From Christensenellales bacterium (GTDB lineage Bacteria; Bacillota; Clostridia; Christensenellales; UBA1750), in contig JBNRMR010000091.1 in assembly GCA_050309705.1 (NCBI GenBank), positions 1-46,966 on the forward strand: a DNA stretch of 46,966 nucleotides. The letters are read 5' to 3'. Below, in pieces: positions 28,680 to 37,976 of this stretch. How positions within the stretch are numbered: the stretch's first letter is position 1; every line of letters begins with the position of its first letter. Made by a program: the position numbers and the translations under genes. Under the pieces are notes generated by a model. It worked only from the letters and a program-made list of their open reading frames with translations, made no database searches and was not told the DNA's origin.

Positions 28680-29660
28680 CTATTGCTTTCCTGGACGCCT
28701 TTTCTCATATTTATCATATGCCTTGACAATGGCCTGTACAAGTTCATGGCGCACCACGTCCCTATGTGTCAGGGTTATCTGCGCGATGTTGTCCACATCC
28801 CGCAGCACGTCCATCGCCTCCACAAGGCCGCTTTTCTTGCCGACAGGCAGGTCAACCTGGGTGATGTCGCCCGTGACGACCACCTTTGAGCCGTAGCCAA
28901 AGCGGGTTAAGAACATCTTCATCTGCTCCGAGGTGGTGTTTTGCGCCTCGTCCAGTATTATGAATGAATCCTGCAGGGTGCGCCCACGCATATAGGCCAG
29001 AGGCGCCACCTCCACGGTTCCCTTTTCAACCATGCGGGAATATCCCTCCGGGCCCATCAGATCGTACATGGCGTCATAAAGGGGGCGCAGGTAGGGATCA
29101 ACTTTGGACTGGAGATCGCCCGGAAGAAAGCCCAGCTTTTCGCCTGCCTCCACTGCGGGGCGAGTCAAAATGATGCGCTCCACTTCTTTATTTTTATAAG
29201 CCACCACCGCCATAGCCATGGCCAGATATGTTTTGCCGGTTCCGGCCGGACCAATTGAAAATGTGACCGTATTCTTTTTTATGGCCTCCACATAGTGCTT
29301 CTGGCCCAGCGTCTTAGATTTTATCTGCTTGCCCCTGTGGGTTATGGCGATTACATCCTGCATGATGCTGTCGATCATATCGGCATTGCCTTCCTTGGCA
29401 AGCTCTATCGCGTAGCGTATGCGGGTATTCTCGATCTTTTCCCGCCGCTCTATCATGTAGAGAAGCTTCTTTATCACCGTGGTCGCAAGCTCCGCCCCGG
29501 CTTCATCGCCCGAGACGACTATCACCGTGTCCCTTTGGTTGATCTGTGCGCCAGTTTCCTTGCGTATGATCTCGATGTTCTGGTCGTAGGGCCCAAATAG
29601 AGTTGAAATATGATCCATGGACTCGACCTGAATTTTATGCTGCACTATGCCTTCTGACAC
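28680..29660 (-). CDS. phoH: PhoH family ATPase
   Basis: GPAGTGKTYLA, RPAVEAGEKLGFLPGD, LAYMRGRT, DEAQN; GTG start. Confidence 0.95.
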   Translation of the reverse strand: MSEGIVQHKIQVESMDHISTLFGPYDQNIEIIRKETGAQINQRDTVIVVSGDEAGAELATTVIKKLLYMIERREKIENTRIRYAIELAKEGNADMIDSIMQDVIAITHRGKQIKSKTLGQKHYVEAIKKNTVTFSIGPAGTGKTYLAMAMAVVAYKNKEVERIILTRPAVEAGEKLGFLPGDLQSKVDPYLRPLYDAMYDLMGPEGYSRMVEKGTVEVAPLAYMRGRTLQDSFIILDEAQNTTSEQMKMFLTRFGYGSKVVVTGDITQVDLPVGKKSGLVEAMDVLRDVDNIAQITLTHRDVVRHELVQAIVKAYDKYEKRRPGKQ

Positions 29661-29729
29661 CTTTTCTCTCCTTCGCAAAAGCAAGTTTATTATTTTTAGA
29701 TTTCGCAATGGCTGCAAGACCTGCGCACA

Positions 29730-30869
29730 CTAATCATAGAAAAGCGTGACGGCAATGTCCCTGACAGTCCTCACACGAACCCTGGCTGAAACAGCCGCTT
29801 CCTCGGCGATGACGCCATAGCTTATATCAGTTTCCTTCGGCACAAGCCCCAGGGGAAGCTTTTTCAGCAATTCCTCGTATGCATTTTCCAGGGCCTGCTC
29901 CCTTGCAAGCTCATGGGAAATGGGTGCAAATTCGCTAACCGTTTCGCTGTGGGTTTCCTTCACCAGGCTTATGCCCAGGAACAGGCCGTCCAAAAGCCCT
30001 GTCGTTTTCGTTTCGATCCGACTTTGCCCGTACTGCTCTCCTTCGGATATTATAACATACATCCAGGGGGTTTTGAAATGCCTAAAGACCGTTTCGCGCC
30101 CTGTTTCCACCTGAAATTCGTTAAAAAGTGGCGCTTTTCCGCTGCCATAATACCAGATGCTGCCGGTGACCTCGCCAAGGGCGCACACCTGAAGGCCGTT
30201 TTCATAGCCCGAAATTAGCACCTGGCCCTTCCTGACCGTGTCCCCCGCCTTCACTAAAGGCGTTCCCGCAAACACGCTTATGCTCTCCACCAGCGCGTCG
30301 TGCCCGGCGACGATGTCTCCCCTGCGAAGGGGATCGTAGACTATGGGCGCCTCCTTGGCCTCTGCCACGGTCACGGTCATTTTGACGCCCTTTGTCTTAA
30401 GCGAAATAAACGAAAGCTCCGACCGATCCATCAAAATTTGCTCTTCGATGGCCCTAAGCTCCGTGGTTTTTTTTGCCATTCCGCTTTCCACGCCATATTC
30501 CTTAAGCATTTCAAGTATCTGATAATCAAGGAGACGGGCATTCCCCTCCACGCTTATTATCCATGTGTATTGGGAGAAGGCCCATATGAAAAACAACGCC
30601 GCAAAAAAGCCCGCTGCCAGCATCAGCCGCTTTCTCGCCGCTGCCATGGCGAACTTTGGTCCCTTTCTGTCGTAAATTCTCACCTTGCAGCCGCTGAGCC
30701 GAGCCGCGCTTCTCATCAGCTTTAAGTGCTTCACATAGACAGTGGCGGTCACCGCGTTCTTGCTGCGGCGCACGTCAAAAAACATGGCGCCGTTTTGGCC
30801 GGCGATGTTCAAAAACCGTTCGCTCATAAGCCCGGTTATGTCTATTTTCACCGTATTTTCAGCCTTCAT
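29730..30869 (-). CDS. yqfD: Sporulation protein YqfD
   Basis: ERFLN, IISVEGN and GTPLVKAGDTVRKGQVLISG motifs; synteny yqfC-yqfD-phoH. Confidence 0.85.
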   Translation of the reverse strand: MKAENTVKIDITGLMSERFLNIAGQNGAMFFDVRRSKNAVTATVYVKHLKLMRSAARLSGCKVRIYDRKGPKFAMAAARKRLMLAAGFFAALFFIWAFSQYTWIISVEGNARLLDYQILEMLKEYGVESGMAKKTTELRAIEEQILMDRSELSFISLKTKGVKMTVTVAEAKEAPIVYDPLRRGDIVAGHDALVESISVFAGTPLVKAGDTVRKGQVLISGYENGLQVCALGEVTGSIWYYGSGKAPLFNEFQVETGRETVFRHFKTPWMYVIISEGEQYGQSRIETKTTGLLDGLFLGISLVKETHSETVSEFAPISHELAREQALENAYEELLKKLPLGLVPKETDISYGVIAEEAAVSARVRVRTVRDIAVTLFYD

Positions 30870-30902
30870 ACCTCACCTTTGCGTAAATTTTCCATTTTCT
30901 GT

Positions 30903-31196
30903 TCATCCATTCCCTTTGATTTCGCTGCGCTTAAACTCCATTGTCTCAATCTCGCCGCTTATCACCAGCTTGCCCATGCCGATACCGTCCAAAAGGAAGT
31001 TCTTTCCCGTCATCGTTACCACGCCGCTTTTTGTGCGAAATTTCAGCAGACTCTGGGTGAAAATCGAAAGCCCTCTGTGGTTTTCCACGACAAGCCTGTC
31101 AAACCCTTCCATGCGCATGCAAGGAAGGTCTAAAAGCAGGTCTTCCGGAAGGCCGGTCTTCTGCGATATATCTGAAAGAAATCCCTTTTTCGCCAT
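30903..31196 (-). CDS. yqfC: YabP/YqfC family sporulation protein
   Basis: LPEDLLLDLP...VENHRGL; AGGAGG RBS; upstream CATATGAT resembles a sigmaE -10 element. Confidence 0.8.
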   Translation of the reverse strand: MAKKGFLSDISQKTGLPEDLLLDLPCMRMEGFDRLVVENHRGLSIFTQSLLKFRTKSGVVTMTGKNFLLDGIGMGKLVISGEIETMEFKRSEIKGNG

Positions 31197-31342
31197 TTGA
31201 TTCCTCCTGAGGTGCATAAAAACAGGGCTACGGCAGCCGGTGCATTTAATCATATGCCTAAATTCACCATAAATAACGGCGCACACTTTATTTTGCCCGC
31301 TCGATTTGGTATAATATCTCCATCAACGCACGGAGGGGTTCT

Positions 31343-32209
31343 ATGTCTTTTCAAAAAATAGAAAAAATAGCAAGCGGTAAGGTTCGGGAGATATATGCAT
31401 TGGACGAGGACAGGCTCATAATCGTCACCACAGACCGCATTTCCGCCTTTGATGTCGTTCTGCCCACTCTCATCCCTGACAAGGGCCGGGTCTTAAACAG
31501 ACTTTCCCTTTTCTGGTTTGATCTGACAAAGAAGATAGTCAAAAACCACATCATAAGCGACCAGCTCTGCGAATTTCCCAGACAGTTTCAAAGCGAGGAA
31601 TACGACGGGCGCGTTTTACTGGTAAAAAGGCTGAAAATCATTCCCTTTGAGTGCATAGTTCGCGGCTATATCGCCGGCTCCGGCTGGGAAAGCTACCAGA
31701 AGGACGGCACTGTCTGCGGCATACATCTGCCAGGGGGTCTTCAGGAATCCCAGAAGCTTCCGACGCCCATATTTACCCCTTCCACCAAGGCCGCTGAGGG
31801 GCATGATATAAATGTTTCGTTTGAATACATGGAAAATGAAATTGGCAAAGAGCTGGCCGGAAATATCCGCGATGTCAGCCTGGCTGTTTACGAAAGCTGC
31901 GCTGAATACGCGCGGGAAAGGGGCATCATCATCGCCGATACGAAGTTCGAGTTTGGCCTTGATGAAAAGGGTAGGCTTGTTTTGGCCGACGAAGTCCTGA
32001 CGCCCGATTCCAGCCGATTCTGGCCGTCGGAAGGCTACGCCCCCGGCAAGAGCCAGCCCAGCTACGACAAGCAGTTCGTCCGCGATTGGCTGAAAAGCAA
32101 CGGCGCGGCAGGGCTCTCCCCCGCCCCAAAGCTCCCCCAGGATGTGGTCCGCGCCACTCGCGAAAAGTACATCTCCGCCTACGAGGTAATCACCGGCAAT
32201 AGCTGGTAG
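31343..32209 (+). CDS. purC: SAICAR synthetase
   Basis: SGKVREIY, TDRISAFD, ECIVRGY, ADTKFEFG, DEVLTPDSSRFW, YDKQFVRDW. Confidence 0.96.
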   Translation: MSFQKIEKIASGKVREIYALDEDRLIIVTTDRISAFDVVLPTLIPDKGRVLNRLSLFWFDLTKKIVKNHIISDQLCEFPRQFQSEEYDGRVLLVKRLKIIPFECIVRGYIAGSGWESYQKDGTVCGIHLPGGLQESQKLPTPIFTPSTKAAEGHDINVSFEYMENEIGKELAGNIRDVSLAVYESCAEYARERGIIIADTKFEFGLDEKGRLVLADEVLTPDSSRFWPSEGYAPGKSQPSYDKQFVRDWLKSNGAAGLSPAPKLPQDVVRATREKYISAYEVITGNSW

Positions 32210-32215
32210 ATTTTT

Positions 32216-32351
32216 GATTCGGGGGAACGACGCAGGACGCTGCCCTTCACCCGCAAGGGGATTTTTTCTTACGCTCTTGATCCGCAATATAATATAATGG
32301 GATTCTAAAGGGTCTACCCTTTAGCGGGTGCTCGAGGGCAGAGCCCTCGAA
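32216..32351. repeat. Solo diverged copy of the 122-bp multi-hairpin element
   Basis: Shares GATTCGGGG, CCCGCAAGGG, CTTGA-CC, GCGGG and GAGGGCAGAGCCCTCGAA in the same order as the 17.9 kb units. Confidence 0.75.
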
Positions 32352-32420
32352 CGTTCTATCCCTCCGTGATCTAAGCTCATATATCGCCAGTAGGCGCATA
32401 TAATTCACGGGGGTGATATA

Positions 32421-33593
32421 ATGAGCAGCATTAAAAAACGTTCCGCCCGGATTATTATATTTCTGGTGTGCGCAACCGTTGCCATGCTTCCGTCTTTGGC
32501 GCTGGCAAGCGTCTCCGCATCCGATCTGCCAGTCGATGTTAAAAACAACATCGTTCTTATCATGGAGCCGGAAAGCGGCAGTATTATCTTTGCTCAAAAC
32601 GAAAACAAGCAGGTGCCTGTCGCCAGCATCACGAAGATAATGACGCTTTTGCTCATATTTGAATCCATTGAAAGCGGCGCCATCTCTGCCCAGGATAATG
32701 TCACCATCAGCAAGACCGCCGCCGCTACGGAAGGCTCCCAGGCTTTTTTGGATGCCGGCGCTCAATATTCTGTTTCAGAGCTTATCAAAACCATAATCAT
32801 CTCCAGCGCAAATGACTCCTCCGTTGCTATGGCGGAGCATATCGCCGGGAGCGAAAGCGCCTTTGTGGAGATAATGAACCGTCGCGCTATAGAGCTTTTA
32901 ATGGCGGACACGGTCTTCAAAAACTCCACCGGGCTGCCTGCCCAAGGCCAATACTCCACCGCCTCAGACGTTTCCATAATGGCCCGGGCTTTGATGGAAA
33001 GGGGCGAGTACGGCGAATGGTTCACCACATGGATGGATACGCTGACACATCCCTCCGGCCGCGTCACAGACCTTACAAATACCAACAGGCTCGTGCGCTT
33101 TTACAGCGGCGCCTACGGCCTTAAGACCGGCTATTCAAGCGAGGCGAGGCACTGCATCGCAGCCGCTGCAGAACGAGGCAACATGAGCCTGCTGACCATA
33201 CTTCTGGGCATTGAAAGCTCCAACGCTCGCTTCAACATGGCGCAAAAACTGCTGGATTTCGGCTTTGCCAGCTATGAGAAAACCGTCGTTGTGAGGGCGG
33301 GTGACGTGGTGGGCGAGGGCGTGCCGGTTAGAGGCTCCACCGTGCGCAGCATCGATCTTATCGCCCAAAGCGACATCAGCGTCTTGACCAAAAAGGGGGT
33401 TGAGAGCCATTTCACCGTCCACGAGGACATTCCCTCAGTCATAATTGCCCCTGCATCTTCAGATGAGCCCGTGGGGGGCATCACCGTCAGGCTGCCGGAC
33501 GGCACAAGCCTCTATTCCCCCGTTGTGATCTCCCGGGATGAGCTTCCCAGCAGCTTTTTCTCCCTGATAACGCGCATACTCAGCCTCTGGTAG
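32421..33593 (+). CDS. dacF: D-alanyl-D-alanine carboxypeptidase (peptidase S11, DacF-like)
   Basis: ASITKIMT (SxxK), SAND (SxN), LKTG, NTNRLVRFY. Confidence 0.8.
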   Translation: MSSIKKRSARIIIFLVCATVAMLPSLALASVSASDLPVDVKNNIVLIMEPESGSIIFAQNENKQVPVASITKIMTLLLIFESIESGAISAQDNVTISKTAAATEGSQAFLDAGAQYSVSELIKTIIISSANDSSVAMAEHIAGSESAFVEIMNRRAIELLMADTVFKNSTGLPAQGQYSTASDVSIMARALMERGEYGEWFTTWMDTLTHPSGRVTDLTNTNRLVRFYSGAYGLKTGYSSEARHCIAAAAERGNMSLLTILLGIESSNARFNMAQKLLDFGFASYEKTVVVRAGDVVGEGVPVRGSTVRSIDLIAQSDISVLTKKGVESHFTVHEDIPSVIIAPASSDEPVGGITVRLPDGTSLYSPVVISRDELPSSFFSLITRILSLW

Positions 33594-33662
33594 ACTTTTT
33601 GCAAAAATTCAACAGCAAAGACGGGAAGCCCCAAAGCTCCCCGCCTTTTTTTATTGACGCCT

Positions 33663-34436
33663 CTATTTTTCCAGCGAAGCGTGGATGGCCCTGAGCGCGG
33701 CTGAAAGCTCCTCCACGGGGATCTGCCCCGGAGCGGAAATGCCTGAAAGGTCTCCCGCCGAGCCGAATGTCATGGCGGAGCCAAAAATCTCCCCGCTCAT
33801 GCGGCTGACAGTTCCCAGGCCCGACATGGCCATGGTCACCAGCGGCCGCCTAGCATGGAGCCTGCGCATCCTTTCAGTGGCGCAGAGCAAGGTCAGAACA
33901 TCCTGCGGGCTTTTGGGCATCACAGCGATTTTCAGTATATCCCCGCCCATATCCTGCATCTTTTTGAGCCTTGAAACAATCTCATCCTCATCGGGCGTTT
34001 CCTCAAAATCGTGGTTGGATATGAGCGCCGCAACCCCCGCTGCGTGCAGGGCGCCGACCACCTGCAGGGCATTTTCCCGCATCATTTCCACGTCGATTAT
34101 GTCGGCAAAGCCGCTTTTCGCCGCCGCCTCGTTCAGCTTATGGTAATTCGCCGGGCAAAAATCCGCCTGTCCTCCCTCGGCCTTTGTCCTGACAGTGAAC
34201 AGGAGCAGCTTTCCGCCGATGATTTCGCGAACCGATCCAAGAACAGACATCGTTTCCTCAACATTTTCAAGCGCTTCGAAAAAATCCGCCCGCCATTCCA
34301 CTGCGTCTACCGGAAGGCTATTCATCTTAAGCGCTCTTTGGACAATTTCACCTCGCGAAGCCGCAACTATGGGTGCGACTATCTTCGGAATGCCGCTGCC
34401 AATCTTAACGCCTCTGATTGTGACCACATTTCCCAT
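33663..34436 (-). CDS. aroD: Type I 3-dehydroquinate dehydratase
   Basis: VEWRADF, FTVRTKAEGG, SNHDF, LKIAVMP, SAPGQI. Confidence 0.95.
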   Translation of the reverse strand: MGNVVTIRGVKIGSGIPKIVAPIVAASRGEIVQRALKMNSLPVDAVEWRADFFEALENVEETMSVLGSVREIIGGKLLLFTVRTKAEGGQADFCPANYHKLNEAAAKSGFADIIDVEMMRENALQVVGALHAAGVAALISNHDFEETPDEDEIVSRLKKMQDMGGDILKIAVMPKSPQDVLTLLCATERMRRLHARRPLVTMAMSGLGTVSRMSGEIFGSAMTFGSAGDLSGISAPGQIPVEELSAALRAIHASLEK

Positions 34437-34439
34437 GGC

Positions 34440-35561
34440 CTAAATGCATCGATAGCAGCCCAGCACCTCGAAATAGGTGCAGGTGTCAGCGGCCTGCTCT
34501 AATGCGCTTTTCACGCTATCGTCCATTATGTTTCCCTCTATTTCGGCAAAGAAGCGGTATTTCCCCTGGCCTGCGGGCCTAGACTCTATGCGCGTCAGGT
34601 TGATGCTCTGGGCGTGGAAGGACATCAGCGTTTCGCAAAGGGCGCCGCTTCTGTGCTCAGTGGCGAATGTGGCAAGAATGCGGGTGGAGTTTTCGTCATA
34701 CTCCGGCTGCGTGGCTATTATCACAAAGCTGGTTTTGTTGCCCTTGGAATCGGCGATATCATCTGCGAGTATTTCCAGACCGTTAAGCTCCGCTGCTTTT
34801 GGCGATGCTATTGCCGCGGAAAAGCCGTCATTCGCCATGGCGATCTCCTGCGCGGCGACAGCGGTATTGCGGCATGCCACTTGCTCCCAGCCGCCCTGAC
34901 GCAGAAACCTGCCGCACTGCTTCAGAGCCTCGGGGTGGGAAAGCACCCGCTTGATTTCAGCAAGCTTCACGCCCCTTGGAGCCAGCAGGCACTGGCGGAT
35001 ATCCTGCTCCACTTTGCCCACCACAGAGCAACCGTTCCTGCGCAGAAGGTCATAGGTTTCGCCGATGGCGCCCGTGCGTGAGTTTTCAATCGGCACTATG
35101 CCGTAATCAGCGGCGCCCTCCTTCACGCAGCGGAAAACGTCGTAGAAATACTCCGCCGCGAAGCGCTTTGCGCCGGGAAAAGCCCTCTCAAGGGCCTGCT
35201 CGCTCCAGGAACCGGGGACTCCCTGATAGGCGCAGGTGATATCTCCGGTCTTGGGCTCGCTCGGGCTTGAAATGAGCCGGCTATGGGGCATGAGCAGCTT
35301 GTGCTGGTGGGCCCGCGACAGCGCCATAAGGGTGCGCATGGCCATCGTCAGGGACATGCGGTACTCCTCCTTAACCCTTTGCGCCGCCCGGTCAATCACC
35401 TGCTGTTCGCGGCTGGTGTCCATTATCGAAAGATTGTTTTCCCGCTTGATCTGCGCAGCAAGGCCCGCGATCTCCATGCGTCTTTCCAGCAGTGGTATGA
35501 GCTTTTCGTCCACCTCGTCTATCTGGCGGCGGATGTCCGCCAAGGCTTCCTTATGATTCAT
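34440..35561 (-). CDS. pheA: Chorismate mutase/prephenate dehydratase (with ACT domain)
   Basis: N-terminal IRRQIDEVD (CM), AYQGVPGSWSE, VPIENS, SHPEALKQC, NLTRIESRP. Confidence 0.92.
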   Translation of the reverse strand: MNHKEALADIRRQIDEVDEKLIPLLERRMEIAGLAAQIKRENNLSIMDTSREQQVIDRAAQRVKEEYRMSLTMAMRTLMALSRAHQHKLLMPHSRLISSPSEPKTGDITCAYQGVPGSWSEQALERAFPGAKRFAAEYFYDVFRCVKEGAADYGIVPIENSRTGAIGETYDLLRRNGCSVVGKVEQDIRQCLLAPRGVKLAEIKRVLSHPEALKQCGRFLRQGGWEQVACRNTAVAAQEIAMANDGFSAAIASPKAAELNGLEILADDIADSKGNKTSFVIIATQPEYDENSTRILATFATEHRSGALCETLMSFHAQSINLTRIESRPAGQGKYRFFAEIEGNIMDDSVKSALEQAADTCTYFEVLGCYRCI

Positions 35562-35595
35562 GACTTTGCCTCCTCATTTCGTTATCACTTTATCT

Positions 35596-36615
35596 TTAAT
35601 CGTTCAAATTCACCTGAACAGCGTCTCTAACTCGGCCCAGATGCCTCATCAGCTTATGGAAAAGCTCCGGAGTGATGGACTGAGCGCCGTCGCACAGGGC
35701 CTTTTCCGGCTGGTTGTGCACTTCAATAATAAGGCCGTCCGCCCCCGCAGCGGCAGCCGCCAAGGCCATGGGGTAGACAAAATTCCAGTGGCCGGTGCCA
35801 TGGGAGGGGTCCACCACCACGGGCAAATGGCTCTTTTCCTTCAGCACTGGAACGGCTGAAAGATCCAGCGTGTTTCTGGTGGCGGTTTCAAATGTGCGTA
35901 TACCCCTTTCGCAGAGTATCACATCCTTGCTGCCCGACGCCATCAGATATTCGGCCGCCATCAAAAGCTCCTCTATGGTGCTGGAAAGGCCGCGCTTCAG
36001 CAAAACGGGCTTGCCTATCTGCCCCACTTCCCGAAGGAGCTGGAAGTTTTGCATGTTTCTGGCCCCCAGTTGGATGATATCAACCTCCCGGGCGAAAACC
36101 CCCAGATGGGCGGGGGACATGATCTCCGTCACTATGGGCAGGCCTGTCTTTTCCCGGGCGATCTTCAAAAGCTCCAGCCCATCCAAACCCAGGCCCTGGA
36201 ACGCATAGGGTGAGCTTCTGGGCTTGAATGCGCCGCCGCGAAGGAATGATGCCCCGGAAAGACAGACATCCCGGGCGATGGAGAGTATCTGCTCCTCGCT
36301 TTCAACTGAGCAAGGCCCGGCCATGACGGCAAAGCTGCCCCCACCGATCTTCCTGCCGGAAACCTCCACCACCGTGTCCTGGGGGTGAAAGCGCCTGCCG
36401 GCGAGCTTGTAGGGCTCTTGGACCTTCATTATGCGATCAACGCCCTTCCAGCGGCTGACTTCCTCTGTGGAAACGCCGGAGGTATCCCCCACCACGCCGA
36501 TAACCCTGGCTGTCTGGCCGTCAAGATTGTGCAGGGAAAGCCCTCTTGCAAGAAGATTTTCCTGGGTTGCGCGTATGTTTTCGTCCGTTGCGTCTGGTTT
36601 GAATACAATAATCAT
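35596..36615 (-). CDS. aroF: DAHP synthase type I-beta with N-terminal regulatory domain
   Basis: AGPCSVE, GGAFKPRSSPY, GARNMQNF, LLKRG, CERGIRTFE, VDPSH. Confidence 0.95.
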   Translation of the reverse strand: MIIVFKPDATDENIRATQENLLARGLSLHNLDGQTARVIGVVGDTSGVSTEEVSRWKGVDRIMKVQEPYKLAGRRFHPQDTVVEVSGRKIGGGSFAVMAGPCSVESEEQILSIARDVCLSGASFLRGGAFKPRSSPYAFQGLGLDGLELLKIAREKTGLPIVTEIMSPAHLGVFAREVDIIQLGARNMQNFQLLREVGQIGKPVLLKRGLSSTIEELLMAAEYLMASGSKDVILCERGIRTFETATRNTLDLSAVPVLKEKSHLPVVVDPSHGTGHWNFVYPMALAAAAAGADGLIIEVHNQPEKALCDGAQSITPELFHKLMRHLGRVRDAVQVNLND

Positions 36616-37976
36616 AGATTTGTCCTTTCATCGCCGCCCGGCGGGTCTATGGATGATATGACTTTTTTATAGAACTCTTTTCTGTCCAGTTTAAGGCTAA
36701 AATATATCTCGTCCGCCAAAATCGCTTGATATATCAGCATCGAAAGGCCGTTCATGGTTTCAAGGCCCTGTGCCTGCGCCTGCTCCATCAGGCCTGTTAC
36801 CGATGGGCTATAGACCATGTCGCAGACCAACGCACCCTTCGGCAAAGCTTTAAAAACCTCTGCCATGTTACCAAGGCTGCCTCCCACGCCAGACATCTCA
36901 AGGGGCAGAGTGTTGATGAAGATATCGCAGTTCTCGGCGGATTTTTTCATCGAAATGACGCTTAAGTCTCCACCCTTGCCAGCGCTTCCTCCTGAAAGGG
37001 ATAAGGCCTGCCTGACTGCTTCCTCACGCCTGCCGTGAACGTTGATGACATTAGCGCCCTCCTTCGCCGCCTGCAAAACAGCTCCAACCGCTGCGCCTCC
37101 GGTGCCCAGGATCATCACACTGCTGCCCTTGTACTCTTTTCCCCTGTCCTTAAGCGCTAGAGAAAAGCCCAACATGTCCGTGTTAAAGCCCAAGAGCCTG
37201 CCCTCATTTTTGACGACTGTGTTCACCGCTCCGCAAAGCCTTGAATCGTCATCGACTTCATCCAGCAAGGGCATTATCGCCTGCTTGTGGGGGTGGGTCA
37301 CATTGAAGCCCTTCAACGGAAAACCCCGCGCCCTTTGAACGAAGGCTTCAAGCTCCTCCGGCCGCACCCAGCACGAAATATAGTCATCGCGGATATTCAG
37401 CGCGCCAAACACCGCTTTGTGTATCGGCGGCGAAAGACTATGGGTTATCGGATGGCCGATCACAGCGTAGTCCTTTTTTATTAAGCGGGCGTTAATCAGC
37501 GTAACCAGCTCCAAAACCGCTTCGTCCTCAGTGCCTTCATTTTTGTAGACGACATCCGCCGAGGAAAGGTACAGAGGCCTTCGCTGCTTTTCCATGGCGT
37601 AGAGCTTGTCTGGGCCAGCCTTCAGCAAGGGACGCTCGCCACAGCTGATGTCTTTTATTATCATGCCAACTGGTCTGTCGATGAATATCACAAGACCCTT
37701 GCGCACCATGATATCGATATTTTCTTCCCGAAGGACAATACCTCCGCCCGTTGCGATCACGGCATTTCCCGCGGATACGGCCTTTTTGAGCTGCCGGCTT
37801 TCAATCTCCCGGAAAAAGGTTTCGCCCTTTTGCGTAAATATTTCCGCTATCGGCATCCCCTGGCTTTCGGTGATCATCTCGTCCACATCAACCCGCCGCA
37901 TATCAAGGGCCTTCGCCAACCTTGTCGCCAAGCTGCTCTTTCCGCTGCCGGAAAGCCCTGTCAGCAATATGTTCAT
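36612..37976 (-). CDS. Fused shikimate kinase (N-terminal) / shikimate dehydrogenase (C-terminal)
   Basis: GLSGSGKS, GETFFREIE, ATGGG and RP (AroK), then GHPITHSLSPPIH, NVTHPHK, GAVNT, NTD, DMVY and GLSMLIYQA (AroE). Confidence 0.92.
   Translation of the reverse strand: MNILLTGLSGSGKSSLATRLAKALDMRRVDVDEMITESQGMPIAEIFTQKGETFFREIESRQLKKAVSAGNAVIATGGGIVLREENIDIMVRKGLVIFIDRPVGMIIKDISCGERPLLKAGPDKLYAMEKQRRPLYLSSADVVYKNEGTEDEAVLELVTLINARLIKKDYAVIGHPITHSLSPPIHKAVFGALNIRDDYISCWVRPEELEAFVQRARGFPLKGFNVTHPHKQAIMPLLDEVDDDSRLCGAVNTVVKNEGRLLGFNTDMLGFSLALKDRGKEYKGSSVMILGTGGAAVGAVLQAAKEGANVINVHGRREEAVRQALSLSGGSAGKGGDLSVISMKKSAENCDIFINTLPLEMSGVGGSLGNMAEVFKALPKGALVCDMVYSPSVTGLMEQAQAQGLETMNGLSMLIYQAILADEIYFSLKLDRKEFYKKVISSIDPPGGDERTNL

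Noticed and set aside
32377-32404. sigmaE promoter before dacF
   Set aside because: TCATAT...CATATAAT is suggestive, but the spacing is short and it is too weak to call.
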